Shown piece by piece: positions 28,578 through 39,407 of a stretch of 41,644 bases of DNA. Numbering within the stretch: the first letter of the stretch is position 1; every line of letters starts with the position of its first letter. The stretch covers positions 1-41,644 of the forward strand of contig CALMCS010000649.1 of the NCBI GenBank assembly GCA_937862875.1. The letters are read 5' to 3'. Under the pieces are notes generated by a model that saw only the letters and a program-made list of their open reading frames with translations, was not told the DNA's origin and searched no databases. A program made the position numbers and the translations under genes. Source of the stretch: an uncultured Comamonadaceae bacterium. GTDB taxonomy: Bacteria; Pseudomonadota; Gammaproteobacteria; Burkholderiales; Burkholderiaceae_C.

Positions 28578-28955
28578 ATGAAGCCATGCAGCAAACCGCC
28601 GGTGAAGGTGGTGGATTCCATTACCGAATTGACCGCGCTGGATGCCGGTTGCATCGCCGTCAGCGGATCGCACGGCGGCATGAGCGCGGCGCGCTACGCG
28701 GTCGCCGCCAGACCCCTGCTGAGCATCTTCAACGATGCCGGCGTGGGCCTGGACGACGCGGGCATCGCCGGGCTCGCGCTGCTGCAATCGCACGGCCTCG
28801 CGGCCTGCGGCGTGAGCCACCACAGCGCACGCATTGGCGATGCGCGCAGCACGCTCGAAAGCGGCGTGGTGCAGCATGTCAACGCGGCGGCGCGCTCGCT
28901 GGGCGTCGAGCCGGGCATGCGCTGCGAACACATCACTCAATTTCTGAGCGCCTAG
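28578..28955 (+). CDS. Conserved-looking hypothetical protein (GSHGG / NDAG motifs)
   Basis: GGAG RBS before ATG 28578; motif-rich (DSIT, GSHGG, FNDAGVG.DDAGIAGL, SARIGD, VNAAA..LGV.PGM); directly after metY. Confidence 0.7.
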   Translation: MKPCSKPPVKVVDSITELTALDAGCIAVSGSHGGMSAARYAVAARPLLSIFNDAGVGLDDAGIAGLALLQSHGLAACGVSHHSARIGDARSTLESGVVQHVNAAARSLGVEPGMRCEHITQFLSA

Positions 28956-29051
28956 CACCGAGCCCGCGACCGTGAACCGCCTTGTTCAAGTCGCGCACCT
29001 CGATGAGGTGTTTAACGCCGTTTTTCGGTCACTCCCTGCGACAATTGCGAA

Positions 29052-30167
29052 ATGAGCTTTCCAATCCTCTCCAACGACACGTTCCTGCGTGCCTGCCGCC
29101 GTCAGGCCACCGACTACACCCCCTTGTGGCTGATGCGCCAAGCCGGCCGCTATCTGCCGGAGTACAAAGCCACGCGCGCCAAGGCGGGCAGCTTCATGGG
29201 ATTGGCCACCAACGTGGACTACGCCACGGAAGTGACGTTGCAGCCGCTGGAGCGTTTCCCGCTGGATGCCGCCATTCTGTTCAGCGACATCCTGACCGTG
29301 CCCGACGCCATGGGCCTCGGCCTGTCGTTTGCCGAGGGCGAAGGCCCGCGCTTTGCCAAACAGGTGCGCAACGAGGCCGACGTGGCCGAATTGGCCGTGC
29401 CGGACATGGAAAAGCTGCGCTACGTGTTTGATGCCGTCACCAGCATCCGCCATGCGCTCCAAGGCCGCGTGCCGCTGATCGGTTTCTCGGGCAGCCCGTG
29501 GACGCTCGCCTGTTACATGGTCGAGGGCAAGGGCAGCGACGACTACCGCCTGGTCAAATCGCTGATGTATTCGCGCCCCGACCTGATGCACCGCATTCTG
29601 CAGATCAATGCCGACAGCGTGGCGGCGTACCTGAACGCGCAGATCGATGCCGGCGCACAGGCCGTGATGATTTTCGACAGCTGGGGCGGTGTGCTGGCCG
29701 ATCGCGCCTTCCAGGAATTCAGCCTCGCCTACACCAAGCGCGTGCTCTCGCAGCTCAAGCGCACCGGCGTGGATGGCACCGATGTGCCGCGCATCGTCTT
29801 CACCAAGGGCGGCGGCATCTGGCTCCCCGACATGAAGGACCTCGACTGCGAAGTGCTGGGCCTCGACTGGACGGCCAACCTCGGCCACGCCCGGGCGATT
29901 GTCGGCGGCGAGGTAGGCGGCGCTGGCAAGGCGCTGCAAGGCAACATCGATCCCAACGTGCTGTTTGCACCGCCGGAGCGCATCGCCGAGCAGGTCAAAG
30001 TGGTTCTGGACAGCTTCGGCGCACCCCACACAGACCGCAACAGCACCGGTCCGACCCATATTTTCAATCTGGGCCACGGTATCAGCCAATTTACGCCCCC
30101 AGAGCACGTAGCAGCGCTGGTCGAGGCCGTGCACACCCAGTCCCGGGCCATGCGCCAGCCAAAGTAA
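29052..30167 (+). CDS. hemE: Uroporphyrinogen decarboxylase
   Basis: [65 protein letters not shown]. Confidence 0.97.
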   Translation: MSFPILSNDTFLRACRRQATDYTPLWLMRQAGRYLPEYKATRAKAGSFMGLATNVDYATEVTLQPLERFPLDAAILFSDILTVPDAMGLGLSFAEGEGPRFAKQVRNEADVAELAVPDMEKLRYVFDAVTSIRHALQGRVPLIGFSGSPWTLACYMVEGKGSDDYRLVKSLMYSRPDLMHRILQINADSVAAYLNAQIDAGAQAVMIFDSWGGVLADRAFQEFSLAYTKRVLSQLKRTGVDGTDVPRIVFTKGGGIWLPDMKDLDCEVLGLDWTANLGHARAIVGGEVGGAGKALQGNIDPNVLFAPPERIAEQVKVVLDSFGAPHTDRNSTGPTHIFNLGHGISQFTPPEHVAALVEAVHTQSRAMRQPK

Positions 30168-30217
30168 GCCGCAAAGCCAGTCAGGAGCTGGCTCGCCCCG
30201 GCGAGTCGCTCCTGCAC

Positions 30218-30789
30218 TTATGCACAAATTGCGCGAGGCAGAATTTCGCAGACAACTAGTAACACTCTGCCTGACTGTCGCCTTTGTTGGTTTTCAACAT
30301 CTCTTCAAGCTATTGATTTTCAATGATTTTTTTCTTTTGCCATTTTCCGGCACAAGGAGAGAAAAGCAGGTATTAGAGAGGCGACTTGGGGCTCACGGAT
30401 TGGATATCAACAAAGTTATCCACAGAAATCCCAAACCACCCTGTTTTACCGCCCAAAATCAACCACTTAGCGCCGGAACTGCAAGCAAAGTCCCCGAAAA
30501 TCGGGCCCAACCCAGCTCATTTTTTGACTAACGTAGCTCTTGACATAGTAGTTGTGCACATGTTGGAGCGAGCGAGGCGACCCAAATCAGACGCTGTCCA
30601 TTGAGGCAATGGAATCGTAAGAACGGCTGAAAGCGCATTGATTTATTTGGAGATTTTTTATTTCATGCCGCATGTCAAGAGGCATTTTCACCAACGCTGA
30701 TCTTTTCGCCCAGAGAACGCCAGCGCAGTAGTTAACAAAGTTATCCACAGAGTTCACTTTCAACTGGGGGAAATCCGCGTTTATCCTCA
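30218..30789. promoter_or_regulatory. DnaA-box and IHF-site cluster (oriC-like or datA/DARS-like)
   Basis: Perfect TTATCCACA at 30416 and 30741; near-matches TTATGCACA 30218, TTGTGCACA 30552, TTATCCTCA 30781; perfect IHF consensus (WATCAANNNNTTR) at 30306-30318 (-) and 30457-30469 (+); AT-rich tracts; about 725 bp non-coding. Confidence 0.75.
30409..30751 (+). repeat. 18-bp direct repeat AACAAAGTTATCCACAGA (two copies)
   Basis: Exact copies at 30409-30426 and 30734-30751, 325 bp apart; each contains a DnaA box. Confidence 0.9.
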
Positions 30790-30893
30790 AGACCGGGCAA
30801 AAAAGAGCATGATCTGACCGCGCCCGAACCGGCCCGCTTTCATTCCTGTTTTGTTCAAGCCCTAGAAAATCTGGCCCCTCCTTTCCCGGCCCC

Positions 30894-33077
<2,184 letters not shown>

Positions 33078-33147
33078 CGACTGGACCTAACGCACCGAGG
33101 TGCAGAGTGCCCGTTGCCAGACCACCGACGGGCATCCCGTGGATGGA

Positions 33148-34350
33148 TCAGTCGTCCTCTTCCTTGCTGCGGCACGCCGTCGGCAAGGCCTTCTTCATTT
33201 TGCGGCCTTCGCCGTAGCAGTTCCATACCACCTTGCCGTCGTTGTCGGAAGGCTGGATCAGGAACTCTCCGACCTTGGTCTGTGCACGCAGGCTCATGCT
33301 GTCTGCGTCGTACTCGAAGCCCACGGACTGTGCGGCTCCGACACCGGCGGCGGCGAGAGTTTCCGGCACTTCCTCGTTGGCCGCGTAGTAGTTGCCCAGA
33401 GCGCTGCGCAAGGGCGCAGACGCAACCCATTTGGTGGTCAACTCGGCGCGTGCGACGTAGTCCTGATAGGAAGGCAATGCCACAGCCGCGAGTATGCCGA
33501 TCAGCGCCACAGACATCATCAACATGCCCAGCCCCGCCGCGCCCCCACCCAGTCGCCCAGAGTAGGGAACAAAGAGCGCGAAGAGATACGAGAACGGATT
33601 GCGGCCCGGCATTCGAATGTCAGGATTGAGCGCGCGCGCCACGCGCTTGGTGAGCCATGGATAGCCACTGATCAACTCATGCAGATCCGCGAAGAAACCA
33701 CGGTTGCTCATGGTCTGACGGGCATAGCCCGCCAGGTTCACGGTGCGCCATTTGTCGGCTCCGGCAGCCAGCACTGCCAGCGCGCGAGCCGCAGTTTCCT
33801 GGCTGTTGCAGCAGGCAAGGCCGTGCATGTCGCAGGTGTACTCCTGGGCACGCGAATAGGCCGCGCCAATCAACGGCAAGCACAGCGCCGGCGCGCGCCA
33901 GATATGGCTGGTCAAGTGACCTTGCTTGATGTGGCCCAGCTCGTGTCCGAAGTAGAAATTCACCCCATCCGGCAGATCGTTCATCGCATCCACGGTGTCG
34001 GCCAGCACGATCACGAAATTGCGTCCCAGAAAGCGCGTGGCAAACGCATTCATCATGCCGTCGCCCTGCAGCAGATAGGCCTCTGGCGGCTCATTGATTT
34101 CGAGCTTTTCGCAGCACTGCAGATACTGCATGTAGAGCTGCGGCAACTGGTCTTCCGACAAGCGCACGCCCGTGCCGCGCAGCCACGCAATCAGCGCGGA
34201 TTGAGCAAACAGATAGCCGATGAAGCCGAGCAGCACAAACAGCAGCGCCACCCCCACCGTGCCGAGAATCAGCAGCAGCCAGGCGATAACGCCCACCACC
34301 AGCGTGATCGTGCCCAGCGTTCTTTCCTTCGGATAAACCAGCTTCTCCAT
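33148..34350 (-). CDS. M48 family Zn-metalloprotease fused to a C-terminal type IV pilin-like domain
   Basis: Two N-terminal TM segments; NAFAT, GHELGH (HExxH) and YSRAQEYTCD; then ALIGILAAVALPSYQDYVARA (pilin alpha-1) and a terminal Cys pair (WNC...PTAC). GGAG RBS. Confidence 0.85.
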   Translation of the reverse strand: MEKLVYPKERTLGTITLVVGVIAWLLLILGTVGVALLFVLLGFIGYLFAQSALIAWLRGTGVRLSEDQLPQLYMQYLQCCEKLEINEPPEAYLLQGDGMMNAFATRFLGRNFVIVLADTVDAMNDLPDGVNFYFGHELGHIKQGHLTSHIWRAPALCLPLIGAAYSRAQEYTCDMHGLACCNSQETAARALAVLAAGADKWRTVNLAGYARQTMSNRGFFADLHELISGYPWLTKRVARALNPDIRMPGRNPFSYLFALFVPYSGRLGGGAAGLGMLMMSVALIGILAAVALPSYQDYVARAELTTKWVASAPLRSALGNYYAANEEVPETLAAAGVGAAQSVGFEYDADSMSLRAQTKVGEFLIQPSDNDGKVVWNCYGEGRKMKKALPTACRSKEEDD

Positions 34351-34713
34351 ACCGCTCCCTCTCCAAATGTCGTCGTTTGATTGACGGCTCGGCCCGGACC
34401 TCGATCATGGCCAATCCACCGCATAAATTCGATAGCCGAAGCCAATGATGCCGAAGTAATGTGCGTTTGCACACAGTCGCACACCGTCGACCACCACATT
34501 TCGGACGGTCTGTGATGCATCGCCGCCACAGCTTGAATTCAAACCCTTACGCGCACATTGCAAGCTTGCGCAGCGCTCTCTCTGAGGACGGTTTTTTGTA
34601 GCAAACAGATACGTATTCTTTGAGGGTATGCACCGATGCTGCGCCCGCCCGCGAGGCGCATCGTGCGAGGCTCGCGGCGCACCACCCACAAGGCTTGGTC
34701 AGCGCCGCGATAA

Positions 34714-35871
<1,158 letters not shown>

Positions 35872-35885
35872 GTTACTGGGTACTG

Positions 35886-35931
35886 AGGCGCTTCGCGCCT
35901 TCCCCTTCTCTCTGCGCGCGGGGAGAAGGGG
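35886..35931. terminator. Twin hairpins between convergent ansB and AEC genes (terminator or REP-like)
   Basis: AGGCGC-TTC-GCGCCT 35886-35900 and CCCCTTCTC...GAGAAGGGG 35902-35931; no clear U-tract. Confidence 0.45.
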
Positions 35932-36014
35932 CTCCGGGCAGCTCTGCGGGGACGGAGCATGAAAGATTGAATGAAGCGCTCTTCGCTTGCTCAATCGCCA
36001 CTACGCCCGCAGGT

Positions 36015-36968
36015 TCAAGTCATCCACATCACCGCCGCAGAAAACGTCACAAACGCCAACACGGTTGACACCAGAATGATGCGCGCCACGCGGCCGCCGT
36101 GGGCTCCGTAGCGTTCGACCAGTAGCGAGACGTTGCTCGCGCTGGGCAGTGCGGCGAGCAGCACCAGCACGGTGAGTGTGAATGGATCGATCTGTGCGCC
36201 CATGGCAATCGCCGCCTTGGCGACGCACCAGATCAGCAGCGGGTGAATGATCAGTTTGGCCAGCGCCAGCGGCACATATTGCCCGAGCGGTACTTGCTCG
36301 TGGGCGTTCATCTGCGAGCGTGCCAGCACCGCGCCGATCGTGAACAGTGCGACCGGTGACGCGGCTCCTGCCAGCATGGCCATGGTCTTGTCCACCGGGC
36401 CTGGCAGCACCCAGCCTGCGGCCGACGCAACGGCACCCAGCACGATCGACCAGGGCATGGGGTTGGTGAGCATGCCGCGCATGGATTTGCGCAGCGCCGT
36501 GGAGACGCCGTGTGCGCCCGCCACGTCGAGGCGCGAGAGCGCGATGCAGAGCGACGTGGTGATGATCATGTCGATCGCCATTGTCAGAATCACCGGGCCC
36601 GCGCTTTGTTGACCGAGCAGCGCCACCAGCAGCGGTACGCCCATGAAGCCGGTATTGGGAAATGCGGTGACGAGTGCGCCAAAGGCCGCGTCGTTCCAAC
36701 CGATGCTGCCCCGCCGCGTGAGCGCCACGGTGGCGCCGACCATGATCAGCGCGCACAGCAGATACACGCCGGCCACGGCCGGATCCAGGAGCTGGGCAAT
36801 CGGGGTCTGCGCGCCAAACCGGTACAGCATGCACGGCAGCGCGAAGTACAGCACGAAGGTGTTGAGCCCGCTGATCGAGGCGAGCGGCAATATTTGGGCG
36901 CGCGTCGCCAGAAAGCCGCACAGCACCAGTGCGAAGAAGGGGAAGGTGACAGAGAAGACAGACAGCAC
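36015..36968 (-). CDS. AEC (auxin efflux carrier) family transporter
   Basis: LNTFVLYFALPCMLY, FPNTGFMGVPL, NPM, SPVALFTIG, KLIIHP, AALPSASNV. Probable GTG start 36968. Confidence 0.9.
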   Translation of the reverse strand: MLSVFSVTFPFFALVLCGFLATRAQILPLASISGLNTFVLYFALPCMLYRFGAQTPIAQLLDPAVAGVYLLCALIMVGATVALTRRGSIGWNDAAFGALVTAFPNTGFMGVPLLVALLGQQSAGPVILTMAIDMIITTSLCIALSRLDVAGAHGVSTALRKSMRGMLTNPMPWSIVLGAVASAAGWVLPGPVDKTMAMLAGAASPVALFTIGAVLARSQMNAHEQVPLGQYVPLALAKLIIHPLLIWCVAKAAIAMGAQIDPFTLTVLVLLAALPSASNVSLLVERYGAHGGRVARIILVSTVLAFVTFSAAVMWMT

Positions 36969-37035
36969 GATGCGTGATTGTCGCAAGCTCGGGACATGTT
37001 TGCCGGCGATTTGCGATACGCCGGTCCGCCCAACG

Positions 37036-37060
37036 AAAAAACCCGCGCCATGCGCGGGTT
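37036..37060 (-). terminator. Rho-independent terminator (minus strand)
   Basis: Stem AACCCGCGC/GCGCGGGTT with a 3-nt loop, followed on the minus strand by a U-tract; downstream of the Roadblock genes. Confidence 0.75.
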
Positions 37061-37204
37061 CAAGTCCTGCCGTGGGCTCAATGCTGACACGGCGGGCATG
37101 AGGAAGGTACCCGTACGAAGCGCGTACCTTTGGAGTTTCCTCGGATCGGTTCTTTCAATGCGCTTGGCGCGCAGCGAAAGAACGCGATGAAAAAACCGTT
37201 GTGA

Positions 37205-37564
37205 TCAGACTGCCAGCTTCTGCTCGACGTCCTGCACCTTGCGACGTGCCAGTGCCAGATTCGATTTTTCCTTGTCCAGCACCAGATAGATGAACAGGCC
37301 GTCGTGCTGCTGCAGAGGACGGATCACGTGGTACTGCTTGCCGAGGGTGATGAGGATGTCGTCGATACGGTCGTTCAGGTTCAGCGACTTCATGGTCTTG
37401 AGCTTGGCACGCACCACTTCGGTGTTGCCGGCTGCTGCCAATTCCAGGTCGACGCCCGAGCCAATGCTGCCCAGAAGCATGCCACTTCCGCTGTCCACGA
37501 CGGCCGCGCAAAGCGCTCCGTCGATCGACATCAGTGCGCTCAGGGATTCTTGAATGCTAGCCAT
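37205..37564 (-). CDS. Roadblock/LC7-like (MglB-like) protein
   Basis: 119 aa; IDGALCAAVVDSGSGMLL, LELAAAGNTEVVRAK, DILITLGKQYHVIRPL, LFIYLVLD, NLALAR; GAGG RBS. Confidence 0.8.
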   Translation of the reverse strand: MASIQESLSALMSIDGALCAAVVDSGSGMLLGSIGSGVDLELAAAGNTEVVRAKLKTMKSLNLNDRIDDILITLGKQYHVIRPLQQHDGLFIYLVLDKEKSNLALARRKVQDVEQKLAV

Positions 37565-37719
37565 GTGTTTTACCTCTTTGTGTGGAGATGCCTACAAGAA
37601 AAAGCCGTACGCGGTGGGCCATCGCCCCTCACTCCCCCGCGTGGGAAAACTCGAAAATTTGACTGAAATTGTCAGGGCTTCTCAAAGTTGTGTAACGGTT
37701 GCATACTTTTTGAAGCATG

Positions 37720-38127
37720 TCAAAGGTGCAAACGCGAAGCCATTTGTGAACTTGCTTCACCGACCGCCCACAGAGCGCGGCCAAGCACGCCGTCCTTTCG
37801 GACCACCAGGCACAGGATGCAAGGAAACTCGCTGGGAACGCTTTGAAAGATGGCGGTGCCGTCATCGGTTTCAAAGGTCAGGCGACGGCTGCCGGAGTGT
37901 CCGATTTCGGTGGCCACGGCACGCGCCATCGCCATCATCGAACTCGCCATTGCGGCCATCTGCGCGCCATCCTTGTTGGGCGGCACACCATGCGCGGCGA
38001 TCACGAAACCATCGGGTGTCGCGAGCAATGCGGTCTGCACTTCAGTGAATGAGCCAAAAACTTCTTTGAGAATCTGTTGCCCGGTCGCTGCAACTGTTCC
38101 GGGAACCACCGTAGACGCTTTGCTCAT
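37720..38127 (-). CDS. Roadblock/LC7 domain protein (MglB-like)
   Basis: ALLATPDGFVIA, MAAMASSMMAMA, LTFETDDG and LGRAL, a canonical Roadblock pattern; ATGA overlap with the GTPase stop. Confidence 0.85.
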   Translation of the reverse strand: MSKASTVVPGTVAATGQQILKEVFGSFTEVQTALLATPDGFVIAAHGVPPNKDGAQMAAMASSMMAMARAVATEIGHSGSRRLTFETDDGTAIFQSVPSEFPCILCLVVRKDGVLGRALWAVGEASSQMASRLHL

Positions 38128-38669
38128 CTTTCCTCACTTTGTAGGGACAGCATGGATGCCAGCACGCCAATGGCGTCGAGCATCTGAGGGCGATCGCGCG
38201 GATCGGCCTGCAGAACGGGAATCACGCCATGCCCAGCGCCGGCAATCGCGGCGGCAAAGGCATCGACGGCCGCGGCCGGTGCGGCGCGCGCGTTGAGTAT
38301 CAGCACCACGGGGGGTTGTTCGAACGCGGCAATGTCCTGCAGCAGGCGCGAGGCCTCCTGCACGTCGCCGGGCTGGTTCACATCCACCATGACAAACACG
38401 CCCATGGAGACCGAGAGAATCCATTGGCGTACGAAGCTGAAGCGTTCCTGGCCGGGACAGCCGCACACTTGCACGCGTTCGCCGTCTCCGAGATCGATTT
38501 CGCCAAATTCCGTGCCCACCGTGGTGAACTCTTTGGCGTTGGCGGCGCGGTCCAGATTGACCACGTCCGAAGAAATCATCTGCTCGCCGCACAGGGAGCG
38601 CAGCGCCGTTGTTTTACCTATGCCCATCGCTCCAACGAGAGCGATGCGCGGAAGAGAATCCATTACCAC
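38124..38669 (-). CDS. Small Ras-like GTPase, MglA/CvnD-like
   Basis: G1 GAMGIGKTT, G2 TTVG.EFG, G3 GCPGQERF, VMVD; G4 degenerate (LNAR). Start is GTG 38669 or ATG 38663. Confidence 0.85.
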   Translation of the reverse strand: MVMDSLPRIALVGAMGIGKTTALRSLCGEQMISSDVVNLDRAANAKEFTTVGTEFGEIDLGDGERVQVCGCPGQERFSFVRQWILSVSMGVFVMVDVNQPGDVQEASRLLQDIAAFEQPPVVLILNARAAPAAAVDAFAAAIAGAGHGVIPVLQADPRDRPQMLDAIGVLASMLSLQSEER

Positions 38670-39407
38670 TTAGACACGACCTCCAACCCGGACCCAGCGC
38701 GTCAGGCGCTGCACCAGCCCCATGCGCACCGGACGGCCTCGATTGACTTGCTCCTGCGCCGCATTGCTCGCCAGCACGGCCACGGGCTTGTGAGCGGTGT
38801 GCCGCAACACACCACGGCGATTGAGACTGGCGATCAATTCACGTGCGGTATCGACGTCCAGGCCGCTGTGTCCACACAGCTGGCGCAGATTGATCGGAGC
38901 ACGCGTGAGGAGCGCCATGGCGCGCACACACGCACCGGTGTTGTAAGGCGCGTCGAGCGACACCCAACTGGTCAGTTGGAATTGATCTTCCGATTCGGGT
39001 GCCTGGGCCACCGGGGCGGCAGGCACGGGCACGGCAGCGGCCACCGCCTTGGCGGCAGCAATCTTCTGGCGTGCAGACCAGTCCATCAGGAACACCGCAG
39101 CCCGGTCGAGTGCATCGATCAGGTCGGACACGGTGAACTCCGCCGGCAGATGCGAGACCCAGCGCGCATTGCGCGCCTTCTCGGTCGCAGCCGAAGTCTT
39201 TCCGATATAGATCACGCAAGGCGTAGACGCGGGCACAACATCTCCTTTGGATGAAGCGTCCAAAAATGCTAATTGTGCTTCCCCGGTCGATGCTCGAGTC
39301 CATTGAATCAAGGACTTGCGCGCTGCCACACCAAAAAGGGCAACGAATCGATCGAGATACACGGGAGCTAGTAAGTCTGGAGCTACTCCAGCAACACTAT
39401 GTTTCAT
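38670..39407 (-). CDS. Hypothetical protein: degenerate receiver-like N-domain, Ala/Pro linker, wHTH-like C-domain
   Basis: GGGGG RBS-like element before ATG 39407; its stop abuts the GTPase start; domain calls are from sequence pattern only. Confidence 0.7.
   Translation of the reverse strand: MKHSVAGVAPDLLAPVYLDRFVALFGVAARKSLIQWTRASTGEAQLAFLDASSKGDVVPASTPCVIYIGKTSAATEKARNARWVSHLPAEFTVSDLIDALDRAAVFLMDWSARQKIAAAKAVAAAVPVPAAPVAQAPESEDQFQLTSWVSLDAPYNTGACVRAMALLTRAPINLRQLCGHSGLDVDTARELIASLNRRGVLRHTAHKPVAVLASNAAQEQVNRGRPVRMGLVQRLTRWVRVGGRV

Noticed and set aside
30220-30604. Short ORFs in the hemE-priA spacer (103 aa and 72 aa)
   Set aside because: Atypical AT-rich composition and no recognisable motifs; the region is better explained as a DnaA/IHF element.
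30409-30751. CRISPR array or plasmid iteron interpretation of the 18-bp direct repeat
   Set aside because: Only two copies, 325 bp apart, with no cas or replication-initiator gene; the repeat core is a DnaA box.
37054-37080. tRNA T-arm-like GCGGG-TTCAAGT-CCTGC followed by CGTGGGCTCA (possible tRNA or att remnant)
   Set aside because: There is no D-arm, anticodon arm or CCA end and no integrase nearby; the motif is explained by overlap of the terminator stem with the next hairpin.
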